A stretch of 64,000 nucleotides of DNA. Source: Candidatus Poribacteria bacterium (GTDB lineage: Bacteria; Poribacteria; WGA-4E; WGA-3G). The notes under the pieces were generated by a model. That model ran no database searches, was not told the DNA's origin, and saw only the letters and a program-made list of their open reading frames with translations. Position 1 is the stretch's first letter, and each line of letters begins with the position of its first letter. The translations under genes and the position numbers were made by a program. Location: the NCBI GenBank assembly GCA_965197475.1, contig CBDANF010000002.1, positions 992,001 to 1,056,000 of the forward strand, in the 5' to 3' direction. This document shows positions 50,352 through 60,176 of the stretch, in pieces.

Positions 50352-50498
50352 AATAACGTGAGTTTCGCGTTTATAGCATAATCTGTTAGTTTGCTTCTTA
50401 TGGGACACAATCTAACAGATTATGCTACAAAAACTCTGCCGATTCTGAAATACACGCGATAAGTTTCAGATGACTTTATATTATTGTGTAAATTCTGA

Positions 50499-50813
50499 CT
50501 ATTCCAAATCGGTTTGTACTTTTATCTCCTCATCTTCTACGACAACTGGGTAAGTCCTAATCCGTAGACGCGGATCAGTATTACATTCACCCGTTTTTGT
50601 ATTATAGGCGTATCCGTGAACGGGACACACAACAGTCCCGTTTCGTATCCGTCCTCGACCAAGTGAACCCATTGCATGTGGACAAGTGTTATCCACAGCA
50701 CAGAACTTACCGTTTTCATTCAAGATAGCGATCCGCCTTCCGTTGACAGTAAAAGATTTTCCGCGTCCTTCTTTAATCGCAGAAGTTTTTGTGACCTTTG
50801 TATATTCAGACAT
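50499..50813 (-). CDS. Rieske 2Fe-2S ferredoxin
   Basis: CPH...CPVHG motif. Confidence 0.9.
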   Translation of the reverse strand: MSEYTKVTKTSAIKEGRGKSFTVNGRRIAILNENGKFCAVDNTCPHAMGSLGRGRIRNGTVVCPVHGYAYNTKTGECNTDPRLRIRTYPVVVEDEEIKVQTDLE

Positions 50814-50818
50814 TGTGT

Positions 50819-52540
50819 TTACTCCTTAACACCGCCAAGGGTAATACCTTGTACAAATTCGCGTTGCATTGCTAAAAAGAGCACTACGATCGGCAGCAGC
50901 GACAGCAGTGTTCCTGCCATTAACATCCCGTATTCTTGCCGATAGACACCAACAAGATTTGCTAAGCCGATGGGTAGGGTATATTTTGCTTCATCGCGTA
51001 AAACGATGAGCGGCCAGAGATACCCGTTCCACGAGCTCAAAAAGGAATAGATTGTCAATGCGCCAAGTGCCGGTTTGATGATAGGCAGCACAATCCGATA
51101 GTAGATTCCGAATTCGGAACAGCCGTCAATTCGTGCTGCATCAAGTAATTCTGATGGAATAGTGACAATAAATTGACGCATCAGAAATACGCCAAATGCA
51201 CTCACAGAGAATGGGATTATAATCGCTTTGTAACTATTGAGCCAACCAATATCGTACATCAATCCAAACAACGGAACGAGCAATACCTGAAACGGTATCA
51301 TCATGGAAGCAAGCAGGATACCGAACAGGATTGTCTTACCGCGAAACTGATATTTCGCAAATGCATAACCACCGAGTGAACAGAAAAACAGGGTGAGCAG
51401 CGTTGACGCAGTCGCGATGAAAACGCTGTTGACAAAATACCGATTATACGGCACTGCTTTCCATAAATTTCGATAGTTAGAGGTTAGCTTATCCCATACA
51501 ATTGATAGGTAAGATGGACGGTGGATAGTTAATTGTAGCAACAACCTGTTTTCCGTGTCTGGTAGAGGTACTTCACTCTTTAACAATTCCTGCTTTGAAA
51601 CAAATTGCTGCATCGGAATGTGTGATGATTCTAACTCACCGGGAATACCGTGTAACCGCCATATAGTATTCTCTGGTAGAGCAGTGTTCAGAACAAAAGG
51701 ATGGGTTGGTTGGTATGTAGTGCCATTCACATAAACAGTTAAAGAAAGGTGATGGAACGATGCGTCACCACGGACAGGCAGTATAATGCGGCGGATGCGA
51801 TCTCTCGGAATAGGGGACGAAATAGCAGTAGACAAACGCACATTCTTTTCGTCTTGGATGTTGTAAGATAGCGCGGTGATATGTTCTGGACCGTCAGACT
51901 CGTTCGGAATATCAAACTCGAAAACCTGTTTTAGGGTGTCGGAATCGGCATCCCATTTTACGGATTTAATTGGCATTCGGTTGAACTCTAAATCCTCTAT
52001 TTCAATAGTACCTAAGGTGACTTGGCGAAAAACGGAAGCCCAGATCGTTTCAATTGTTTCAGGAATAATAGCACTGTCGACTTGATTGACGATAGACTCT
52101 GCTGTGTTACTCCAGACTGCAGGTGATAGTGTCGCAACGTGTTGCTGCCAGACACCTTTTGTCATTTCAGTTTGTAAATCTTCAGATAGGACAGAAGTTG
52201 CAAGTTGCGGATTTCCGGCGATGTGTTCCTGCACATTTTTCCAAATTACTTTCTCTAACTCAGGTTGGAGTGCCTGCCACGTTTCTGCGTCTACTGATGT
52301 AGGCTTTTTAATTTTGGGATAGGCATCGGTGACGATGTGGGGTGAAGAAGTTATAAGCGGCGGAAGTTTGGGAAACCACTGAATCGGGGCAGCAAAGACT
52401 TCATCTGCAGTTTTGAAAGATGAACTTAATAACCATAATAACGGAACCATTGTGCAAAAAGCAGCAACAACCAGCAGCGGATACCCGATACCGATGAAAA
52501 TTTTTCTTTGATAACGTCGGTGTTTATTGCTTCGGTTCAT
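50819..52540 (-). CDS. carbohydrate ABC transporter permease (MalG-type) with large periplasmic insertion
   Basis: SSFK..EVF N-terminus, GYAFAK and ELLDAARIDG EAA motif; ~290-aa insert. Confidence 0.85.
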   Translation of the reverse strand: MNRSNKHRRYQRKIFIGIGYPLLVVAAFCTMVPLLWLLSSSFKTADEVFAAPIQWFPKLPPLITSSPHIVTDAYPKIKKPTSVDAETWQALQPELEKVIWKNVQEHIAGNPQLATSVLSEDLQTEMTKGVWQQHVATLSPAVWSNTAESIVNQVDSAIIPETIETIWASVFRQVTLGTIEIEDLEFNRMPIKSVKWDADSDTLKQVFEFDIPNESDGPEHITALSYNIQDEKNVRLSTAISSPIPRDRIRRIILPVRGDASFHHLSLTVYVNGTTYQPTHPFVLNTALPENTIWRLHGIPGELESSHIPMQQFVSKQELLKSEVPLPDTENRLLLQLTIHRPSYLSIVWDKLTSNYRNLWKAVPYNRYFVNSVFIATASTLLTLFFCSLGGYAFAKYQFRGKTILFGILLASMMIPFQVLLVPLFGLMYDIGWLNSYKAIIIPFSVSAFGVFLMRQFIVTIPSELLDAARIDGCSEFGIYYRIVLPIIKPALGALTIYSFLSSWNGYLWPLIVLRDEAKYTLPIGLANLVGVYRQEYGMLMAGTLLSLLPIVVLFLAMQREFVQGITLGGVKE

Positions 52541-53417
52541 CTGTTTCCTTATCCAACTCGCTCAGCTCAACTGCGCGGGCACGTTGAATATCATCCTGAT
52601 ATTTGAAGACACAACCCAGCGTTTCAGCAACAATATCCGCATCCAATTGTGTTTTTCCCAGTGCCAAAATCGCTAAACCCCAATCTAATGTTTCGGCAAT
52701 CCCAGGTTTTTTATAGAAGTCTCCTTCCCGCCAAAGTTGCATCATACGACATAGCTGCTGTGCAAGATGTTCATTGAGTTGTGGCAGCTTTGTCTGAACA
52801 ATCGCCAATTCTTTCTCAACAGTTGGATAGTCTATCCATTGATAGAGACAACGGCGTTTGAGAGCTTCGTGTACCTCTCGCGTGCGGTTTGACGTTAACA
52901 CAACGTAGGGGATCTGTTTTGCACGGATCGTGCCAATTTCAGGTATCGTAATTTGGAAGTCAGACAGGATTTCAAGCAAAAAAGCCTCAAATTCACTATC
53001 GCTCCGATCAACCTCATCAATAAGTAAAACAGGCGGTACATCTCCATCCTCTCGGATCGCTTCAAGCAGTGGTCGTTTTAACAAGAATTTTTCGCTGAAC
53101 AGATCCGTTCCGATCTCTTTTTTATCGCGTCCTTGTGCTTCATCAATTCGAAGTTGCAAAATTTGCCGTGTATAATTCCATTCATATAGTGCGCTGTTTA
53201 CGTCTAAACCTTCATAACACTGCAACCGAATTAATTTTGCACCAGTTGCATCTGCAAGCACTTTGGCAACCTCAGTTTTTCCGACACCCGGTTCGCCTTC
53301 CAAAAAAATCGGTTTTTTAAGATGGTGTGCAAGATAAAGCGTTGTTGCCAATCCCTTATCTGCAATATATGCCTGTTTCTCACATAAAGCCTGGACATTT
53401 TCAATTGATTCAAACAT
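52524..53417 (-). CDS. MoxR family AAA+ ATPase (CoxD-like)
   Basis: GEPGVGKT, RLQCYEGLD, LLIDEVDR and TSNRTRE..EALKRRC motifs. Confidence 0.9.
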   Translation of the reverse strand: MFESIENVQALCEKQAYIADKGLATTLYLAHHLKKPIFLEGEPGVGKTEVAKVLADATGAKLIRLQCYEGLDVNSALYEWNYTRQILQLRIDEAQGRDKKEIGTDLFSEKFLLKRPLLEAIREDGDVPPVLLIDEVDRSDSEFEAFLLEILSDFQITIPEIGTIRAKQIPYVVLTSNRTREVHEALKRRCLYQWIDYPTVEKELAIVQTKLPQLNEHLAQQLCRMMQLWREGDFYKKPGIAETLDWGLAILALGKTQLDADIVAETLGCVFKYQDDIQRARAVELSELDKETDEPKQ

Positions 53418-53441
53418 AAGGTGAGGTAAAACGAATTTTAA

Positions 53442-54083
53442 TCAGGTTTTTTTATCGGCATACCGAAGAGCGCGTTCATAATCTTTGGGTTCATCAATAT
53501 CCCGTAGTACATCATCAGTGTCCACAGTGACGTAATGAATATCGTCGCTATTGGATTTAAAAAGCGTTCGGACACCACCACTTTCCGCATCTAATTTTAA
53601 GATGTCATCGGCATACCGATGATGGAAAATGACAGGATGTCCGCGTTGATAATTATAACTCGGTAGAACAATACCTTTATCAGTTTGTGTGTAAGTATCA
53701 ATTGCCTTATCAATCAACGTAGATGTAATAAAGGGCTGATCAACCAACATGAGTGAGAATGCATCTCTTTCAGATTTATTCCTTGCGTTTGCATAGTCGC
53801 GTGAACGAATACCTGCTTGTGCAGAGGTTAACATCCCTTCACGATAGTCGGGATTATAAACGATTTTAACCGGACGTTCACCTAGTATATCTCTAATCTG
53901 CTCAGCACAGTGCCCAACAACGACTATAACCTCGCTAAACTTAGCATCAAGCATATTGTCAACCACAGTTTCAACGATTGTGCTTTTCCCAAAAGGAAGC
54001 AGCTGTTTCGGTTGCCCCATACGTGTTGAAAGTCCCGCAGCAAGCAGTATTCCTGATATAAATGGTAGCGGCGTGTCCATCAT
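53442..54083 (-). CDS. molybdenum cofactor cytidylyltransferase-like NTP transferase (MocA family)
   Basis: LLAAGLS.RMG.PKQLL, N.DY..GM..S, DQP, G.PV and DID motifs. Confidence 0.85.
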   Translation of the reverse strand: MMDTPLPFISGILLAAGLSTRMGQPKQLLPFGKSTIVETVVDNMLDAKFSEVIVVVGHCAEQIRDILGERPVKIVYNPDYREGMLTSAQAGIRSRDYANARNKSERDAFSLMLVDQPFITSTLIDKAIDTYTQTDKGIVLPSYNYQRGHPVIFHHRYADDILKLDAESGGVRTLFKSNSDDIHYVTVDTDDVLRDIDEPKDYERALRYADKKT

Positions 54084-54086
54084 ATC

Positions 54087-55043
54087 TCAATACCGGTCGA
54101 AAGATTTATATTCACCGGTGAAGGCGCGTTCCTCGATTTTTACGTCGTCTACCCTTGAAGTGGGTGGACCTTGTCGCAGTTTTTTAACCAATGCGTTTAG
54201 CTGTAGTTTGTCACCTTCCGCGACGACTTCTACCTTACCATTCGCTAAATTCTTAGCATAACCGTTAATTCCGAGCTGTTTTGCATTGTTTCGCGTGAAA
54301 TTGCGGAAATTGACTCTTTGCACCTTTCCACTGATTAACACATATAGTTGCATCTTTCGGTTAACCTCAATAATAAGTTTGACGGGAGTTCCAAGTTCTG
54401 GCAATAAATCGTCATTCTTTTTATATAAATTTTCTTCTACTGATTCAGGAAGCGGATTTTGAAAGAGCGCACTTCCATCAGTTTGCTTCAATGCGACAAT
54501 GTGGTTAGACATATACGCATGAGGTATCATTGCATCCTCGTCATCACTATCTAAGTCTGGAATTACCCTTGAACCGGAATAGATCCACGCGACAGGTGGC
54601 ATCGGCTTTTTGGTTTTGACGTTGTAAATCAATTCTTCAGCGCGCACCTTTTTCGTTTTTCCATCCTCTTCCCATTCAACAGAAAGAAGGAACGTGGTTC
54701 CGGTTGGTGGAATATCTGCACCTTTTTCGTCGTCGTAGTCTGGCGGGGTGCCGGGTTTAACGCCAAGTTTCTCCACCGCTTCGTAAACATCCTTCGCTGA
54801 TGCATCAACAGCGATGATACTTTCATATAGCTTGCCAGTAGGTCCACAAGCAAGATATTCAACTGCACCTTTCAGGTGAGAATCGTATTCACCGAGTGCT
54901 TTGGATATTTGTCCCTTTAAAACGATTTTCTTCTCTTTCTCCATAATCTGAAGATGACCGTCTGCCCAAGCAATGTTAAATATAGCGAAAATGCATAAGC
55001 CTAAGCAGACGATTATTGCGGCTATGTAACTAAGAAATTTCAT
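54087..55043 (-). CDS. exported YdjY-like domain fused to C-terminal acylphosphatase domain
   Basis: signal peptide; EYLAC...K.YES; C-terminal GKVQ.V.FR..G.NGYAKNL.NG.VE acylphosphatase motif. Confidence 0.7.
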   Translation of the reverse strand: MKFLSYIAAIIVCLGLCIFAIFNIAWADGHLQIMEKEKKIVLKGQISKALGEYDSHLKGAVEYLACGPTGKLYESIIAVDASAKDVYEAVEKLGVKPGTPPDYDDEKGADIPPTGTTFLLSVEWEEDGKTKKVRAEELIYNVKTKKPMPPVAWIYSGSRVIPDLDSDDEDAMIPHAYMSNHIVALKQTDGSALFQNPLPESVEENLYKKNDDLLPELGTPVKLIIEVNRKMQLYVLISGKVQRVNFRNFTRNNAKQLGINGYAKNLANGKVEVVAEGDKLQLNALVKKLRQGPPTSRVDDVKIEERAFTGEYKSFDRY

Positions 55044-55063
55044 AAGAGAACTCCTTTGATATT

Positions 55064-55162
55064 CAGAATTTACGCAAATTGCAGTAAGCGCGCTTCCACA
55101 AGTGGCTATTGAAAAACACGCCTACCAATAAATTGTTTATTGATAAAATTGTGTAAGTCCTA
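55064..55162. mobile_element. MITE with IS701-like ends and 5-bp TSD
   Basis: ends CAGAATTTACGCA / TGTGTAAGTCCTA resemble CAGGACTTACGCA at 11842; flanked by ATATT on both sides. Confidence 0.65.
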
Positions 55163-55179
55163 ATATTCCGGCAGTGTTT

Positions 55180-56034
55180 TTAGAAAGTATAACTTAACCC
55201 GTTAAAAATTTCCAGATCATGTTTTCGGATGCCGATTGGTGGTTCGCTATCATAGCGGAAATTCAAGCGAAATGGAAATGCCAGTTTCGTTGTCAAACGG
55301 AACAGAATGCTACCCTCAAACAAGATGCGATAATCTGTCACACGCCTCACATGCACCTGATAATACCCTGTCGCACTTGTAGATATACGTTCATCAAGTT
55401 GCGCTGTCCAATTGACATAGTTCGTTGAGCGGACAATACGGGTTGTCACTTCGCCTATCGTTTTGTCATTAATGCGTTCGTGTTCCCACATTGCACCAGT
55501 GCCTAAATAAAGGTTAAATCGTGATTTGGATGAACGTGCAGCGAAGCGGACACCTCCACCTACTAAATTTCGGTCATTAAGCAGAATTGATTCGTTGAAT
55601 TGTTTCTGGACGAAGGCTTCAATCAATATGTGATTTGTAAGATTTCGGGTAATACGTCCGTGCGCTATGCCCTTGTTAGTAAAAAACACACCGTTTTTTC
55701 TACCTTGCTGAAGACTTCCGAAAATAAATCCATGATACGTTTTTGAAAGGTAATCAGAACGGAATCGGGTTCTCAGCGTGAGCAGTTCAGTGTTTCCAGT
55801 GCGGTATGCTACATCAAGGTTGACGTTGTTATACCATCCCGGTTCCAACTGCATCTGCTTCATCGTTTCACCAGTGAAAATGTTAACTTGTGCTGCAAGT
55901 GGGAAACAGGTAAATAAGAAGATAACGAGGTATATCAGAGCAGCGCGGAATTTGAATTGAGAAATTGGACAAATTAGTTGTTTGCAGGTAAAATAGTGTT
56001 GTTTCTTTAGCATATCAAAATGGAATTTAAACAA
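55180..56034 (-). CDS. DUF481 family outer-membrane beta-barrel protein
   Basis: AQVN mature start, GNT, alternating beta strands, YDS.P motif, terminal F. Confidence 0.7.
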   Translation of the reverse strand: MFKFHFDMLKKQHYFTCKQLICPISQFKFRAALIYLVIFLFTCFPLAAQVNIFTGETMKQMQLEPGWYNNVNLDVAYRTGNTELLTLRTRFRSDYLSKTYHGFIFGSLQQGRKNGVFFTNKGIAHGRITRNLTNHILIEAFVQKQFNESILLNDRNLVGGGVRFAARSSKSRFNLYLGTGAMWEHERINDKTIGEVTTRIVRSTNYVNWTAQLDERISTSATGYYQVHVRRVTDYRILFEGSILFRLTTKLAFPFRLNFRYDSEPPIGIRKHDLEIFNGLSYTF

Positions 56035-56999
56035 TGCAACGAATCCTTATAGATACAGATCCTGGTGTAGACGACGCGCTGGCGATCCTCCTCGCGATGA
56101 AATCGCCGGAATTACGTGTGGAGGCAATAACAACCGTCAGTGGTAACGTGCACGTTGAACAAGCAACACAGAATCTATTGACGATTTTAGATCTACTTGA
56201 ATTATCTGAAGTGCCTATCATTGCAAAAGGCGAAGCACAACCGCTTATAAAACCACTTGTAATGGCAGAACACGTCCACGGTGAGGATGGGTTAGGTAAT
56301 ATCCGCAAGTTGCACAATCCCAATGGAAGTCCGCGTTATATTCCAGCAAACTGTGAAATTTCAAAGTGGTCCGGTGTTGACTTAATACTTGAGATGGTTG
56401 ATCGATATCCTGATGAGTTAGTTATAGTCGCTTTGGGACCTTTAACAAACATTTCAAGGGCAATCCAGAATGACCCCAAACGCATGCAAAAACTTCGGAG
56501 CATCGTCTTGATGGGTGGTGTCTTTAGCGAATACGGTAACGTTACAACAACTGCAGAGTTTAATATCTTTGTTGACCCACATGCTGCACATGAGGTCTTC
56601 AATTCCGGTGTCCGTGTTCACATCGCACCGTTGGATGTGACGCATCAAGTTGCCTTAACAGGTGAACGACTGGATGCAGAAATTGAAGAACGAAGCGATA
56701 AAATTTCCAGTTTTCTAAAAGAATCCACACAAGCATGCATGGAATTTTATCGTGAACACGTGGGTTTCTACGGATTGCATATCCATGATGCGTTACCCAT
56801 CGGTATGTTGACACATCCAAACTTTTTTGAGAGCGTTGAGGCGTACGTACAGGTTGAAACCGAAGGCAATTTAACAAGCGGCATGACAGTTGCTGACCTG
56901 CGGCGTGAACGTCAAAAGACAATCCCGAACGCAAGTGTCTGTATCAAAGTAGATGCGGATGCGTTTTTGGACCACTTTTTTCAGCGGGTTCTCTCATAA
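56034..56999 (+). CDS. nucleoside hydrolase (IU-NH family)
   Basis: DTDPGVDDA, HG.DG, GPLTN, AEFN..VDP and HD motifs. Confidence 0.92.
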   Translation: MQRILIDTDPGVDDALAILLAMKSPELRVEAITTVSGNVHVEQATQNLLTILDLLELSEVPIIAKGEAQPLIKPLVMAEHVHGEDGLGNIRKLHNPNGSPRYIPANCEISKWSGVDLILEMVDRYPDELVIVALGPLTNISRAIQNDPKRMQKLRSIVLMGGVFSEYGNVTTTAEFNIFVDPHAAHEVFNSGVRVHIAPLDVTHQVALTGERLDAEIEERSDKISSFLKESTQACMEFYREHVGFYGLHIHDALPIGMLTHPNFFESVEAYVQVETEGNLTSGMTVADLRRERQKTIPNASVCIKVDADAFLDHFFQRVLS

Positions 57000-57103
57000 T
57001 CAATCTAAATTCTCCAAATGCTTCCTATTTAGCCAACCTACAGCCTCGTTCTTCCCGACCTACGAAGAAACTCCAGGAACAGGAGAGGCGGAAGGTATGC
57101 AAC

Positions 57104-58982
57104 CTAATCCACATTATCAACCGTGAGATCCCACAACAACACAGTGCCGCCCCCACCTGCACTTACGATTGTTTTTCCATCTGGGCTAAACGACACGCTA
57201 TTGACCGAAAGCGTATGTCCCAATAGTGTGCGGATATGTGCGCCTGTGTTGGCGTGCCACAGACGGATGGTTCTGTCTCTACTGCCACTTACGATTGTTT
57301 TTCCATCCGGGCTAAACGATACGCCGAGCACCTCACCCGTATGCCCCGATAGTGTGCGGAGATGTGTGCCAGTGTGTGTGTGCCACAGACGGAGGGTTTC
57401 GTCCATGTCCATACTGCTACTTGCGATGATGTGTCCATCCGGGCTGAACGCGACGCTATTGACCCTATCCGTATGTCCCGATAGTGTGCGGATATGTGCG
57501 CCTGTGTCCACGTTCCACAGACGGAGGGTGCTGTCTCCACTTGCACTTACGATTATTTTTCCATCTGGGCTAAACGACACGCTTTCGACATAATCCGTAT
57601 GCCCCGATAGCGTGCGTATATGTGCGCCTGTGTCCACATCCCACAGACGGAGGGCATTGTCCACACTTCCACTTGCGATTGTTTTTCCATCTGGGCTAAA
57701 TGAGGCACTGGTGACCGAATCCGTATGTCCCGATAGCGTGTGGATATGGTCGCCTGTGTCCACGTTCCATAGACGGATGGTGTTGTCAAGACTTCCACTT
57801 GTGATTGTTTTTCCATCCGGGCTAAACGCGACGCTATAGACCCAATCCGTATGTCCCGATAGTGTGCGGATATGTTCGCCTGTGTGTGCGTTCCACAGAC
57901 GGAGGGTGCTGTCCCAACTTCCACTTGCGATTGTGGTGCCATCCGGGCTAAACGACACGCTATTGACCCCACGTATATGCTTTGATAGCGTGCGGAGATG
58001 GTCGCCTGTGTTGATGTCCCATAGACGGAGGGTGCTGTCATCACTTCCACTTGCGATTGTGGTGCCATCCGGGCTAAACGACACGCTTTCTACCCAATCC
58101 GTATGCCCCGATAGTGTGCGTATATGGTCGCCTGTGTCCACATCCCACAGACGGAGGGTGCTGTCATTACTTGCACTTACGATTGTTTTTCCATCCGGGC
58201 TAAACAACACGTTTCTGACCCCATCCGTATGCCCTGATAGCGTGCGGATGTGTTCGCCTGTGTGTGTGTGCCACAGACGGAGAGTGTTGTCATCACTTGC
58301 ACTTGCGACGATGTTTCCATCCGGGCTAAACGCGACGTTACTGACCCCAGCCGTATGTCCCGATAGCGTGCGGAGATGGTCGCCTGTGTTGGCATCCCAT
58401 AGATGGAGGGTGTTGTTGTCCCAACTTCCACTTGCAATTATGCTTCCATCCGGGCTAAACGCGACGCTATAGACCCAATCCTTATGCTCCGATAGCGTGC
58501 GGAGATGTTCGCCTGTGTGTGCGCTCCACAGACAGATGGTTCTGTCATCACTGCCACTTACGATTGTTTTTCCATCCGGGCTAAACGACACGCTATTGAC
58601 CCCAGCCGTATGTCCCGATAGTGTGCGGATATGTGCGCCTGTGTGTGCGTGCCACAGACGGATGGTTCTGTCTCTACTGCCACTTACGATTGTTTTTCCA
58701 TCCGGGCTAAACGACAACGCCGAGCACCTCACCCGTATGCCCCGAGTATAGGTCAAGTTCTTCACCTGTCTGTGTATTGTAGATCCAAATACCGATTGCG
58801 CTGGCAACCGCAAGCTTGGTGCCATCGGGAGAGTAAGCTATTTCGTTTATCCCACCTTTACCGAGCCGCATTTTTACACCTTCGGGTAAACCCCATTGAA
58901 TATAACCTTGGGCGAAGGTGCTTGGTGTGATTGTAAGTGCTATGAACAGTTTCATCAAAATTGAACACAACATGTTTTTCAT
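57104..58982 (-). pseudogene. secreted WD40-repeat protein (14 repeats), frameshift near 58716
   Basis: N-terminal signal and WGLPEG..RLGKG in ORF 58707-59024; 13 GHT..V.SV.FSPDG..W repeats in ORF 57104-58825. Confidence 0.85.
57130..58745 (-). repeat. ~126-bp tandem coding repeats (WD40)
   Basis: CCATCCGGGCTAAAC and CCACAGACGGA recur with ~126-nt period. Confidence 0.9.
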
Positions 58983-59087
58983 GATTTTCTTATTCCTTCT
59001 GTTGGGCAGAAAACGGAGCTTCAAGACAAAATTATTTTTATGTTAGTTATACTCTACTATGTATTAGATTTAATGTCAATTATGTTA

Positions 59088-59258
59088 TCTGAACCAAGAT
59101 TTACAGGATTTCAGAATTGGTGTCTCTGTGGTAGACACAGCATCGCATTGCATTTACATTTTTTCTCGTGTGATACCACACTACTGCCTAATGCCTACAC
59201 AAGCAATTTGATGAGAATAATCTTGTAAATCCCGTAATCCTGTGAATCCTGGTTCAGA
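59088..59258. repeat. MITE-like element, family C
   Basis: IRs TCTGAACCAAGATTTACAGGATT / AATCCTGTGAATCCTGGTTCAGA. Confidence 0.65.
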
Positions 59259-59273
59259 CAAATGTAAGGACTT

Positions 59274-59512
59274 GTAGGTTGGGTAGAACGGATAGAACAG
59301 AGAAGCTAACACCTCAAAGATAGGTGTCTTTCAAATACGTTTTCTGCCACAGCACACCGAGTAAAACCCAACTCTTTTCCAGTGTGATTTCGGATATGTT
59401 GTGCGTTGAAGTTGGGTTTCGCTTCTGCCTTGCTAAAACGGACAGGGGTATTGTTTTGAAGTATGTTTGGGTTTCAACATAGCACTGCTCAGTCCCGCTC
59501 TACCCAACCTAC
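59274..59512. repeat. REP/BIME-like element, family B
   Basis: GTAGGTTGGGTAGAACGG ... CCGCTCTACCCAACCTAC with internal AAACCCAAC/GTTGGGTTT. Confidence 0.7.
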
Positions 59513-59647
59513 GGCGTATATCGGGCTTACAAAGCACTCCAACAAGAAGACGTAAGAGGCACCATGAATTGCGCGACTACAAACATTCATTTTCTTAAAT
59601 TGACGGCTATGTGGGTTTCGCTGCACTCTACCCAACCCACGACTTTT

Positions 59648-60169
59648 TTATTGTACCCCTATCAAGTGCCTCGGAATGCGGCGTAGGTCAGCATGTGGAT
59701 TAGGTTGTAACATCCGTGGTATCTCTAATTCAGGCATCTTGAGTTTTCCGAAGGCAACTCGTTGTTCAGGTGTTAACTCATCTGTGATTTCTCGTAGCAG
59801 TTTCTCAATTTCTTTGAGAAACATACTCCGTTGCAAAAGGAATTTTCGAGCTTTAGTTCGCATCTGGATGCGGGTTCGCTGCCGTTGCGTTGTGCCTAAT
59901 CCGCCATCGTAGCGATTAAGTTGCCTATCGCTTGCGAGGGCACGATATTCCCGCAAATCTGCCTCCAACTGCTGCTTCTCAAAATCGTAATCCTCAACAA
60001 TATCACGGATATGTTCCAGTTTAGGTTGAATTATCTGCTTCTGCTTATCGGTCAGTTGAAGTGCGGAACTGCTTTTCGGAATATCAATTAGGTTGATTCC
60101 ACCACACCCAACTATGAAACAGCAGAGGATAAAGATAGGGAAAAACTTTCGAAATGTCATACAAGTCAC
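59648..60169 (-). CDS. hypothetical helical lipoprotein (Spy/CpxP-like LT.EQ motifs)
   Basis: lipobox IVGC; LTDKQK and LTPEQR motifs. Confidence 0.55.
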   Translation of the reverse strand: MTCMTFRKFFPIFILCCFIVGCGGINLIDIPKSSSALQLTDKQKQIIQPKLEHIRDIVEDYDFEKQQLEADLREYRALASDRQLNRYDGGLGTTQRQRTRIQMRTKARKFLLQRSMFLKEIEKLLREITDELTPEQRVAFGKLKMPELEIPRMLQPNPHADLRRIPRHLIGVQ

Positions 60170-60176
60170 CTGTTTT

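Noticed and set aside
57130-58745. CRISPR array or diversity-generating retroelement
   Set aside because: The repeats are in-frame 126-bp coding units with no spacers, and there are no cas or reverse transcriptase genes.
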